DNA of 64,000 nucleotides from positions 930,001-994,000 of the forward strand of contig QPGO01000002.1 of the NCBI GenBank assembly GCA_008632985.1. The letters are read 5' to 3'. Made by a program: the position numbers and the translations under genes. The stretch is from Psammoneis japonica (lineage: Eukaryota). Under the pieces are notes generated by a model. That model was not told the DNA's origin, ran no database searches, and saw only the letters and a program-made list of their open reading frames with translations. Below, piece after piece: positions 36,101 to 46,236 of the stretch; position 1 is the stretch's first letter, and the number at the start of each line of letters is the position of its first letter.

Positions 36101-38791
36101 GCAGCGTCCCCACGTCTCCACTGGCGCACGCCCCTTGAGACTCTCACTGGCTCCACCCCGGACATCAGCCCATTGCTTCGCTTTCACTGGTGGGAACCCG
36201 TGTGCTTCCACCTCGATGACTCCGATTGGCCGTCCGAATCCCGTGAGTTGCGTGGATGCTTCGTTGGCATTGCTGAGCACGTCGGCCACCAGATGACCTT
36301 CAAGATTCTATCTGACGAGAATCAGAAGATCCTCTGCCGGTCCAACGTCCGCTCCGCTGCCCCCGATCCTGCCGCCCGAAACCTGCGTCTTGATCCTCCT
36401 GATGGGGAGCCACCTGAACCCATCATCAAATCTCGCCATGACGACAACCCCGTCGACTCTCCTGATGGGGAGATCAGGACACCCAAGATGCCAGTTTTCG
36501 ATCCGCAAGACATCATTGGACGTGCCTTCCTCATGCAGCCACAAGAGGACGGACAACGCCACAGAGCTCGCATCGTCAAGGCCGTCGAAGACCACGAATG
36601 GAAAGTGAACGGCAATCCCGAGCTCACTAAGTTCGTCTGCTCTGTCAACAATGACGAATACGAGGAAGTCCTTGCCTGCAATGACATCATGAATCACATT
36701 GAGCAAGAAGACGAAGACACCACTGTTTGGAAATTTCGACGCATCGTGTCACACGAAGGACCTCTGAAGCCTCATGACCCAACCTGGAAAGGCTCCAGCT
36801 ACAACATCATGCTTGAACGGGAAAGTGGGGAGATCACGTCCGAGCCTCTTGCCATCATCGCCAAGGATGACCCCGTCACCTGTGCCATCTATGCACGAGA
36901 GAACGGACTCCTCGACACGGATGGCTGGAAGCGGTTCCGCACCATCGCGAGGCACCAAAAGAAGCTATTTCGCATGGCCAACCAAGCCAAGCTTCGCTCC
37001 TTCCGCACTGCACCTCGCTACAAGTGTGGATGCGAAGTTCCCCGGAACTACAAACACGCCATGTCACTAGACGAACGCAACGGCAACCGCAAGTGGGGAG
37101 ACGCAACTAATCTCGAGATGGACCAACTCGACGAATACGAAGTCTTCCATGACTGCGGGCCCTTCAAGTCTTCCACTCCTCCTGCGGGACACAAGAAGAT
37201 CCGAGTGCACCTGGTGTACGACGTGAAACACGACGGTCGCCACAAGGCACGACTCGTAGCCGACGGGCACCTCACGGACGTACCTGTCGACAGTGTCTAC
37301 TCCGGAGTAGTCTCCCTCCGTGGCCTTCGGCTGATGATTTTCCTGGCCGAACTCAACGAGTTGGAGACATGGGCCACCGACATTGGCAATGCCTACCTTG
37401 AAGCCACCACCAAGGAGAAGCTTTACATTGTAGCTGGACCCGAGTTCGGCAAACTCGAAGGACACATCCTTGTCATCCACAAGGCACTGTATGGACTGCG
37501 CAGCTCCGGTCTCCGCTGGCACGAGCGCTTCGCCGACTGCCTGCGAGCTGAAGGCTTCTTCCCCTGCCGCGCCGAACCCGACATTTGGATGCGCAGGAAC
37601 GGCGACCACTATGAATACATTGCCGTTTATGTGGATGACCTTGCCATTGCCATGAAGGACCCTCAATCTTTCGTCGACACCCTCACGGAAAAGCACAAGT
37701 TCAAGCTCAAGGGTGCGGGACCCATTGAGTTCCATCTGGGTTGCGACTTTTCCCGGGAACCCGACGGAACCTTGTGCCTGTCTCCGCGCAAGTACATCGA
37801 GCGCATGGTCGACAGCTGTGCCCGACTGTTTGGGGAGAAACCTGCCACCAACGCCCTGTCACCTCTAGAGAAGGGTGACCACCCCGAACTGGACACTTCC
37901 GAACTGCTGGGACCCGATGGCATCCACAAGTTCCAGTCTCTTGTTGGTTCACTCCAATGGGCAGTGTCCCTTGGTCGAATTGACATTGCCACGGCCGTCA
38001 TGTCACTCTCTAGCTTCCGAGCTGCGCCCCGTCAAGGCCACTTGGATCGTGCCAAGCGCGTCTGTGGGTGCCTCTCCAAGATGCGACACGGTGCTCTCCA
38101 CGTTCGCATGGAAGAGCCCGACCATTCGGATCTCCCTGCTCCGGCCTGTGAATGGATGCATTCCGTGTATGGTGAAGCAGAAGAGATGATCCCGAAGGAC
38201 GCTCCACCGCCCCTTGGCAAGTTCGTCACTGCCACCCACTACGTCGATGCAAACTTGCACCATTGCATGCTCACCGGACGCTCTGTCATGGGAATGCTCC
38301 ACTTCCTCAACAAATTCCCGGCTGATTGGTTCTCTAAGAAACAAGCCACCGTGGAGACTGCGACCTGCGGGTCTGAATTTGTTGCCGCAAGGACTTGTGT
38401 TGAGCAGATTATCGACCTGCGCATCACCCTGCGCTACCTTGGCGTCCCGATCCGTAACGTTAGTTACATGTTCGGTGACAACAAGTCGGTTGTAGACAGT
38501 GCCACCATCCCGCACTCCAAGTTACACAAGCGACACACCGCACTGTCGTTCCACCGTGTGCGTGAGGCAATTGCCTCTGGTTACCTTGAGTTCCACTTCA
38601 TCGAAGGCTCCCGCAACCCTGCTGACATTCTCAGCAAGCATTGGGGTCACTCCCAAATCTGGGACCTTCTCCGCCCCCTCATGTTCTGGAACTTCATTCC
38701 ATCCGAAGTCGAATCTGTTTCTGTGGCTCCTCAAGCAAACTGGGGAGTGACAGGATTTGAACAGGATTTGGGTGCATCACGCGCTGTTTAG
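33131..38791 (+). CDS. Copia gag-pol polyprotein (protease, integrase, RT, RNase H), open but heavily missense-mutated
   Basis: Protease ALVDRGANGG, integrase VATDT...DRAQ...AERR, RT HKARLVADG...DIGNAYL...LYGL...YVDDL, RNase H DNKSVV...NPADILSK. Copia domain order. Confidence 0.95.
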   Translation: MVLTRQQQTDGFEHVVGTVLAQGAGSPLRLALAQDGTDSHQELFTFMPSQIDSLECDNGTNAIPLPRGCKNMLAALVSLYIVKAHKGLDVANDSSLFTHDEFLACRLSPDCMSSVSIGSSPLAPPHVTNPTKARDPVRDFKRGIKRDPTAFTALKSDKQWHTWHTSLVAQARAQDVECILDSSYKPTSPEDKLLFAEQQKHMFAVFERILLTDKGKALIRENVGSSDAQTVCRSLSECALASTRASIESSTLLTHLTTARLGDGTWKGPTHGFILHWQDQLRKCEALIPASDHFSEGQKRVMLENAVHPVEELRAVKNQADQHRTQSGKSLTCDQHCGLLLSAAAQCDSTFQPKTTPRAPRRATCAHDVYSEEPSDDVFYDIDSDVDVLQANAACTRGPSLTGVQWRRLPPDHQRLWDSLPDQSKAIILGHSRPPPRNSRASNCHESVTANLHDQRLGSDGDVNLSNTTPADSGDSAPHVDATSDNPILAHLTKRKPLPPGDLQRLLSPNQAPNASRPGPSAASSTPPASADDTELNGRTCRRVDNHNVIYSASAHCSTRTGALVDRGANGGIAGDDIRVIARTSRQVDVQGIDDHQLVDIPIVTAGAVIETQRGPVIAMLHQHACTGKGKTIHSCGQLEWCKQDVNDRSVKVPNGLQRIATPDGCVIPIDIKAGLPCVAMRPCTDAEWDTLPHVILTGDDTWDPSVLDHSVTDDDQWCDAISDLQDDPTANLFDECGNYRHRVVVNETIMSASLSADHASALDDHLIPNDDVFCECHLHAIGPQGDDVPPPERTVQPKDPPFESLQPCFGFPPADAVRRTFDCTTQHARMPAGTHLRKACKSPNPALNVHRRNEPVATDTVHADTPAVDSGCTSAQLFVGTESTVTDVYGTKTDKEFVNTLEDQIRERGAPSKLIGDRAQVEISNKVLGILRALFISSWQSEPHQQHQNFAERRHQTVKRMANTVMDRFGSPAHAWLLALMCVCFTLNHAASPRLHWRTPLETLTGSTPDISPLLRFHWWEPVCFHLDDSDWPSESRELRGCFVGIAEHVGHQMTFKILSDENQKILCRSNVRSAAPDPAARNLRLDPPDGEPPEPIIKSRHDDNPVDSPDGEIRTPKMPVFDPQDIIGRAFLMQPQEDGQRHRARIVKAVEDHEWKVNGNPELTKFVCSVNNDEYEEVLACNDIMNHIEQEDEDTTVWKFRRIVSHEGPLKPHDPTWKGSSYNIMLERESGEITSEPLAIIAKDDPVTCAIYARENGLLDTDGWKRFRTIARHQKKLFRMANQAKLRSFRTAPRYKCGCEVPRNYKHAMSLDERNGNRKWGDATNLEMDQLDEYEVFHDCGPFKSSTPPAGHKKIRVHLVYDVKHDGRHKARLVADGHLTDVPVDSVYSGVVSLRGLRLMIFLAELNELETWATDIGNAYLEATTKEKLYIVAGPEFGKLEGHILVIHKALYGLRSSGLRWHERFADCLRAEGFFPCRAEPDIWMRRNGDHYEYIAVYVDDLAIAMKDPQSFVDTLTEKHKFKLKGAGPIEFHLGCDFSREPDGTLCLSPRKYIERMVDSCARLFGEKPATNALSPLEKGDHPELDTSELLGPDGIHKFQSLVGSLQWAVSLGRIDIATAVMSLSSFRAAPRQGHLDRAKRVCGCLSKMRHGALHVRMEEPDHSDLPAPACEWMHSVYGEAEEMIPKDAPPPLGKFVTATHYVDANLHHCMLTGRSVMGMLHFLNKFPADWFSKKQATVETATCGSEFVAARTCVEQIIDLRITLRYLGVPIRNVSYMFGDNKSVVDSATIPHSKLHKRHTALSFHRVREAIASGYLEFHFIEGSRNPADILSKHWGHSQIWDLLRPLMFWNFIPSEVESVSVAPQANWGVTGFEQDLGASRAV

Positions 38792-39014
38792 TTTACCGTG
38801 CACAGTTTTGTGTGCTTTAGTTCCGCGCGTTCACGCGCGATGTAGTTTGCTTTCGAGCCACAAGGCTCACAAGAATAACAACAGCAGCCCGATTGTGCCG
38901 ACTTACACGTCCTTCGGCTCCTGCAACGGTCTCTGAGCGGAGACTCATCTGCTGTTTAGACAGCAGCAAGGAGTCATTGTTTGAATTCTTGCCATTTGCC
39001 TTCAATTTCTATCA
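38748..39014 (+). repeat. 3' LTR (267 bp)
   Basis: Copy of the 5' LTR with a 9-bp deletion and 10 substitutions. Confidence 0.97.
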
Positions 39015-40210
39015 GTGAGCAGTTGGCGTTGTCCATCACAACCAGGTTGCAGCGAGGCCGGCCTCGAAATTTTAGAAATGAGTTCACCCGCAACCTCCCT
39101 TGTCTCTACCCAGCACATCAATTTCTCACCTGAAGCACAACAGAAAAGTGCTGCGCAAGCTCGTGGCCGACCCCTTTGAATGGAGAGCAAATGCTCGTCA
39201 CAGTCGACAATCTCCATTGGATCAGCATCATGAAACTGTTTCTTCTGCTCAAATGCGATTGCGATGTCATGCTTCGAATTGGGTGTTTTGACTCTGTCAG
39301 ATGAAGCTGCCAGCACTCCATCTGGCATGCATTCAGTCGTGTGGAAATCAGGTTCAACGCTGGCTGACATTCCATTGTCTGGCTTGAGCCAATGACCTGA
39401 TTTCGACCAGAACAATTGCTGGTGGATTGAGTGTCCACCGGCCACTGCAGAGTCGACAAGCTTTTTCATCTCACGAAGAAAGCAAGGATGATGCACTCCC
39501 ATTTCATCTTGTGAAGGGCTTGGTGCGTTGCTCTAGAATGCATCTGTTGAAACAGGATCCACGAGATTGAAAAAGAAATCCTCTCCAAAAGAGACGCGAT
39601 TCTGGACAACCAAGCTGGAAAATGCATGACTCTTGGACACATGGGAAAGAGTGCGTTTTGGATGCCCCTTGTCTTCAACAATCCTGTGCTTGACAATCAA
39701 CGATTCCAGAACCTCTTCCACATGCCTTTCAGCAGAAGCTGCATCCCCAACTTCTCCCACGTGCAGTTTGAATGCATGGGGTCCGTCATGAGCATTTACC
39801 GTCTTGTCATTCAAAAGGCCAATGTCTTGGCGGTCGAAGAGTCCTCTGACTGCTGCCATGCCAAGCCTCTCCAGAGCCTGCAATTTCATGTCGCCCACTC
39901 AAACCTTGCCTGACACTGTTCCCCTGCCATCCCTCACTTTGACAATGCTTCTTGACATGCTTCCCTTCCTCTCTGGCTCATTTCACCACCATGTGGATGC
40001 CTCCAGAGTGGGACGATGTCATCACACAATGTGCAAGCATTCAGTGGATGGCAATCTCCACCGCAAACTCCTTTTCAGGATGAAGAAGAAAAGTTGTGAT
40101 CGTTTGTTGTGAAGAAACAACAGCAGCAACTCCACCGGATGTCTTGCTTGCACCAATCTGCTTGTGATGATCTGCTGGAATGCTTCTTCAATTGATTTCA
40201 TCCAACGATT
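39015..40210 (-). pseudogene. N-terminal/REase half of the gene interrupted by the copia insertion
   Basis: EPDF...IAIAFEQKK is PD-(D/E)xK-like. Removing the element and one TSD rejoins GQRQLLT to MLSKSSS in frame. Confidence 0.65.
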
Positions 40211-43200
40211 GCTGCATGAAAGTGGGGGGGCGAAGCGACCCCGTTGCTGCTGCAACAACAAGAGAGAAGCAAGGAAGGAAGAGAGACAACGAAGGCAGCA
40301 AGCAAAGAATTGAAAGTGGCAAGTGACAAGTTGAAGTGATGGGTGGTGCGTTGTTGCATTTGCGCACTGCCACAACGCACAACACATGTGTGTTCGGTTG
40401 TTGAACATGAAGCACATGAGCCAATGTCACATAAAAAATGGCTTGGGTTGATTTCATTTGGGCACCACTGCCACCCCCCATTTCTCGTCTTCCATCTTGG
40501 TCCCAACCAAAGACGAAAGAAAGGCTAGAACCACAATGCTGACAATGAATTTACATTTGCAGGCTGCTTTGATGAACAATGTTCATCATGTGGCGCTCAC
40601 CCTCCAGCAGCAACCCACACCAGCAAAAGTTTGTTTTGGAAAGATGGAAAATCCCACCCGCGCACCACGGTGGCAACAGAATTTTTGAGCAAGAGCCCAC
40701 TGAAAATTTGGTGGCACCTGCAGTGGCAGCCAAAATGTTGACAAACTCACCCAAAATTGATCAGCAGGAATTGGAGTGCAACAAGGCCCAAGGTGCAGAA
40801 TGTCGTGCCAGCGGGGATGAGTGGCAACCTTTTCTTGGGAATCTGCAGACTTGGATTTTTTTGTGCTTGGCCCATCAGGCAGCATTGGCAGTGGCTCATG
40901 GTTCCTCTTGTGTGGGTTCACCACAGTTGACATGGGATTGGACTGAGTTGAATGTGGGTTTCTTGTCCCATGCTTGTTGTTGCACATGCATCGGTCTGTG
41001 TCGCTTGCTGCTGCTGCACCGGTTGCAGCCCTTCTCATTTCTGGCTGCACTCTTGTGCTTTTCAATTGTTCTGGGTGCACTGTCAAATGTCACTTGCCAT
41101 TGTCTTCTTTCAGTTCTTCAACATTCTTGGGCACAGGATGAGAGACTCCTGCTTGCTCTGCCAGCGTGTTGACATGCTGTTGGAGCTTGCTGCTGCAGTT
41201 GAGCAGGAAAGCAGGAATGCCTTGAAAGGCATGCAGAATCTTGGCACACTTGTCTGCCATCATTTTGTCAATTCAGAGATGCTCTTTAATTGACATGTTT
41301 TGCACTCACACGTTCCCGCAAGGCACAGCACATCCACTGGCAAGCTTTTTGAACTGGTGCTTCCAAAATGCTTGACGATGTGGTGGCACTTTTCAAGCTT
41401 CGATTCCATGCAGGTGGTTGTCACAAAAGTGTTGAGCTTACACTTGGACCATTTTGAAGGCTTCACAACTCTGTGCAAGTCTTCATGTGGCAGCCACTCA
41501 CCGCCGGCTTTGCATCTTCTTTGGCACAAAGTGGCTTGCCAGAATCTGGGTCGCACCACCTGCCCACCCACCTCTCCGCCGCTCCGGGAGATGCAGAGCC
41601 CTTGTGCAGATCAAACCAAGATTAAAGATTGCTGTTCCATGTTTCCTCAGGCTGAGTCCACCTTTGAATGTGCTTTTTGCAATTGCACTTCTTCCTTTGT
41701 GTTTTTCTTCCCACCAAGTTTTCCAAAGATGAGAGCATCAATCACCCTCGCCTTGTCGGGTTCGTTGTTGTGCTGCACGCAATCCTTCAACTCACAAACT
41801 GCATGACAACAGTCAATGTGAGTGCCTTGCAATGTCCAAATGATCCAGTTGGTCCAGTGGTGCCAAAGACCAAGCCTGCATGCAATGTCCAGACCATAAA
41901 TTTGTTTCCAAATTTCTTCCTCATTTGGCCAGGTGTCCGAGCAATGAACTTGAGGTTGACATTCGGATGCCTCACAACCTGCTCCAGTGCATGGGCACAG
42001 TCTTTTGTCTCCAATGTTGGCACAACTGCATCTGTGCCAATCTCTCCTGTCTCTGTGGCCATGGTGAAAAGTCCCTCTTTCCATTGTCATCTTCACAATT
42101 CTTCAACTGGTCAAAAGTGTGGTCAGACACAACACTGATGCAACAACCCACCAATTGAATTTTTCTTTTGTGTGCCAGATGTTGTTGCTTGTGCCAGTCT
42201 CAATGAGGTTTGATTGCCAGGCAAAGTCATGCATGTCTCTTGTGTTTTTTCCTGTGGGTCCATGGCAACTAATCCAATCCTCAAATGCCAACAATGCAAT
42301 CACATCTGAGTGCATCTTTCAACAAAGAACAGCACATCTCCTCTTTGTCAACAAAAGTTTTGCCTCTTTGTTGATGAAGAAAAGAAGAAATGCCATTGCC
42401 CTTGCTGTGCATTTTCATTGCATGGTCAACATGTTGCAACATTGGAAGCATTGGATGAAAATGACAGATTTGCAGCTGCATGTTGTGGGTCCAAGGGACA
42501 GCTTGTTTGGAGAGGCCTTGGCAGCTGCTTGGCCAGCCTTGCACCATTGCCCTTGCATCTGCAACCACACTTGTTGAGCTTGTGCATCATTGCTGTTGCC
42601 CAATCAGCAGCACCTCTTAAGTCAAAAATTGGAGTTGGCAGATTCTCATTCTTGATGTCAAACTGCTGGTGCATCAACTCACCATTGCATCCATCATCAA
42701 TGCACTCCAAACATGCATTGAGGTGGTTCAATTCCCAGTGGATGGCATGAACTGCAACACCTTCAATCTCACTGAAGAGGTCATCAGGAGTTTTGGTTGT
42801 GTCATCATGTGGCACTGCGCAAATGACATGGCATCAGGAGGGAAGTTCTTCTGACACCATTGGAGCTTCTTGGCATTGACATCACCACCCATGATCTTTG
42901 TTCAAGTTGGCATGAAACTGAGATGGGCACAAGTTTAGAAAATGCAGTGTCAAAGCCTGTGCCAGTGCAGGACAAGAAATTTTCTTCTTTTTGCATGTGT
43001 CAACTCACCTCTCAAGAAAGAGGGTCTTCTTCAATGTCAGTGAAAGAACCTGTGGCACTGTTTGACGTGGCGGTGCTGACAGCAGCGGTGGTGACAGGTG
43101 ACAGCATTGGACGAGTTGGTCATTGCAGATGGCTTGTTGTTTTTTGAAGCCCTGGCACCATTGTGGAACTGTGCCTCCTCCACACCTTCCTCAGCTGAGG

Positions 43201-44400
43201 GCTTGCTTGGTGCTCATGTTTTGCCATGGCAGATGGATTTGGGGCAGCTTGCATCATGACCCCTTTTGCAAAAGGGCCCTTGTTTGCACCTTTTGCACAA
43301 CAACCTTTTCTTGAGTGGTGTGGCTGTTTGGCAGAGTCAGAATTTGCAACTCTGCCATCACCGCTGGCGACATTGTAAACCAAGGCACATTTTTCTTGTC
43401 AACTCAGCAACTCCAGAAAAAGCTTGCTCCTTTGCTTTTTTCATGGCTGGCTTTTAAGCCTGAGACTGAATGCCTGTGGTGTTGAGAAGCTTGAGCAGAG
43501 GGTGCTTCTCCATTCTGCTGCAATTCCTTCTCTCAGAACTCTCTTGCACAGGTTGGTGCTGATGATGAGTGAGATGAAAAAGGGCCGGAGGAGTTTGAAT
43601 TTTTTGTGGGGTGTCTTTGTCTGAGCACTGCCACTCAGATTGCAGCACATCCATCTGAGATGGCTCAACCAAGATGGTCATGTCTGTGTTGCAGGAATTG
43701 TCAAATGATGTGATGACATGCATTCTTTCAAAAAGCTTTGAGCATTGCAGCATGTGTTCTTGAAACAAAGATGCTGCAATGCTGTCTGTGGCAACGCACA
43801 ACCAGGAAATGACTCCTTGAAAACCTTGCATCCAACTGCTGGGCATTGCAGAATGGCCAGTTTTGCAAAAAGAGAAGCACTGAGAATGGCAGTGAAGACC
43901 CATTGCAAGGTCATGAGTGCATTCATGACAGACAGATTGGGTCTCACAATGTGGGCCAAATGGTGGCTTCAAGTGAATTGTTCAATCAATCAATCATGCT
44001 TCAGAGATGGAGCACATGGCAGATTCAGACATGGCTCCATTCAACCTTCCTCAAAGAAGGGCAGTGAGAGAGAGAGGTGAAGAAGCTCAAGTTGAAAGAT
44101 GGGGGGTGCTTGATTCATTGAGTTGTCAAGACCCTGGACATTTGCCCAAACCGCAGTGGCAACAGCCACCACCATTTGGCAAGACAACAGCACAGCCACC
44201 ACCACCACCACTGCAGAGTGGAGTGATGGATGTGCACATTGTTTGGGACAATTGCATCATGAACAATGACGACAATGTCCCGCCAATTTGTCACATGCAT
44301 GGATGCCCTTTCCATTGATGCAACGCAACAGCAGAAGCTGGATTTGTTCTTGCCCATGTTGTCATCCACCCATTCACCTGAATCTCCCACACAACAACGA
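40210..44400. other. Strongly TpA- and CpG-depleted block of fossil coding/TE sequence
   Basis: Very few TA over ~4 kb. Protein-like fragments on the minus strand at 41260-43100 cannot be assigned. Confidence 0.55.
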
Positions 44401-44479
44401 TGATGTCCACAGCCCCATGGCATGTCCAATTGCGCGCCAACTTCAAATTGTGGTGAGACAGATCAATTTGCCAAAAGGG

Positions 44480-45320
44480 GTCACATGATGGAAGGATGTG
44501 ACAGCATCATCTGTGATCGCAACAACAAGGAGAATGGGCTCCAATGATGCAAGTGCCTGTCCAGCCACACAAAATGAATGACAAGGGGTTCACAGTCTCT
44601 GCCTGCATTGTTGTCACATGGACACACCCAAAAATGGGTCGATGGCAGGCATGATTCACAAAAACAAACACAACCCACACAACTCAACCAGCTTGACTTT
44701 TTGTTTCACACCACACTGCAGCAAGTGACTCCTGGTCACACAAACGGCCAAAAGGGCAGCATCCAGTGACTCCCATGGTGGCACCAATTTCCATCGCACC
44801 CACATGCAAATGGCCGAAAGGGAGGCATCCACCCACACCTCAATGTGCAGTCCATTGCACAGTGAGCACTTGTCAAAAAATTTTTCATCCAAGTGGTGCC
44901 ACACTTTTGCATGAGGGTGTGCTTGGTTTGACAAAAGGTGCACATGTCATTCAGGAATGGTTGTGTGTTGATTGAACAACAGATGCTCAAGACAGGCATG
45001 GTGGGTGGGGGTGACGCAATGCCAATGTCAAAATGTCACGGACATTGTGAGGTGTGTCATCAGGTTCAGGCTCGGTCAACAAGGAGGCATCATAAAACAA
45101 TCCATCAGGAAAGGTGTGTGCATTGGTGGCATCTGGATTGGACCATTCCATGTGCAACAACAAGTCATTGCCAATGTGTGGCAAGGGGCAAAAACAACAA
45201 AGCATTGTCACTGCTGCTGCTGTTGCCACAAGACAACAAAGCTTTAAAAGCTGGTTCACACTTCTGCTCACATTGTCTTTGCAACTGAATCTCTCCTGGG
45301 AGTGCTTGGTCACAGTCCTC
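44480..45320 (-). pseudogene. Fossil type II membrane gene, possibly sulfotransferase-like
   Basis: Hydrophobic N-terminal segment, then LMQKCGTTWMKNFL resembling the 5'-PSB loop (KxGTTW). Frameshifted and TA-depleted. Confidence 0.4.
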
Positions 45321-45358
45321 GTTCCATTGTCGCTCGCTCAAGAGGATCACTGGTCATC

Positions 45359-46107
45359 ATGTCTGCAACTTCGTTTGTGGCTCAATTTGAAGGCAATGAA
45401 TTGTGGGAAGCATCCTGGAAGGAGTCAGAAGGGAGCAAATGCACAAAGAAAAAGAAGAGTGACGGATTCAACTTTTATGCATCTTGGTTCTGTCCTTTTG
45501 CACAGCGGTCTTGGATTGCACTGGAAGAGGCCGGGGTTGACCACAACTGTGTCGAGGTGAATTTGCACAAGGAGGACCATCTGAAAAAGGATGTTACACA
45601 AAGAAAGCTCTGAGTCTCGAGAAAAAACGAGAGCTGTGCCCAGAATTCATCAGGGCGCCAAAAGATCCGTATGAACGTGCAATGGTCCAGATCTGGAGCG
45701 CCCATTGCACTGATCGAATCAACAATGCACACTGTCTAGCACTGGTGGCTCAGGATGCGAAGAAGCAACAACAACACGTTTGGCAGTTTCTGTTGGAATG
45801 CCGTGCATTGTCCCAAGCCATGAGCAAGAACGGTCCTTACTTTCTTGGAGATCGCTTCTCCATGGTCGACATAGCCTTGGCGCCATTCTTTCAGCGCATT
45901 CTGTGGGTAGGAAAACATTATATTGGGTTGGAATTGCCATTGGACGACGAGGATTTTGTTCGGTTAAGAAATTGGTGGGAAACGGTCCGCAAACGACCAT
46001 CAGTGGCTGCCACCATGGTTTCTAGGGATCGGCTTATTTCTTCATATTCGCACTACTCAAGGAACATCGCAACGTCAGACTTTGCAAAAACTGCCTTGAG
46101 TAATTAG
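45359..46107 (+). pseudogene. Glutathione S-transferase (omega-like) pseudogene
   Basis: FYASWFCPFAQRSWIALEE, PKDPYERA, GPYFLGDRFSMVDIALAPF. Frameshift at ~45590 and apparent loss of the G.VP...ES segment. Confidence 0.8.
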
Positions 46108-46236
46108 GGAACGTTACAGCTACCGGCAGCTATAGCTCCAGATTCTGTGGAAGAAAACTCTATTACCTAGAGTTCAAAAGTTGAATGCATTTCTCGTTCT
46201 GCAACAAAAGACCAGCTATGATCCGGTCTTCCCTGC

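Larger units (their letters stand above)
31914..39014 (+). mobile_element. Full-length Ty1/copia LTR retrotransposon (CoDi-like)
   Basis: TG...CA LTRs at 31914-32189 and 38748-39014. 5-bp TSD GTGAG at 31909-31913 and 39015-39019. GGGGAG purine tract before the 3' LTR. Single gag-pol ORF. Confidence 0.98.

Noticed and set aside
33250..38515. Long antisense and alternate-frame ORFs within the copia element
   Set aside because: Expected from GC-rich, TA-depleted sequence, and no motifs are present.
33131..38791. Alternative genetic code (TGY/CAY read as Tyr)
   Set aside because: Neighbouring host genes use Tyr, Cys and His normally, and the same change occurs in non-coding LTR sequence.
31914..39014. 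Classical RIP or CpG deamination as the cause of LTR divergence
   Set aside because: RIP would create TpA in repeats, but conserved-Tyr loss polarises the change as TA->TG/CA. CpGs in the element are largely intact.
31914..39014. ADAR-type RNA editing before reverse transcription
   Set aside because: It would give A->G on one strand and be copied into both LTRs. Here both A->G and T->C occur, only one LTR is affected, and non-retroelement DNA is affected too.
41260..43100. Possible MULE/SWIM transposase relic (CECKTC motif)
   Set aside because: Cys motifs are unreliable in TpA-mutated DNA, and no DDE core was recognisable.
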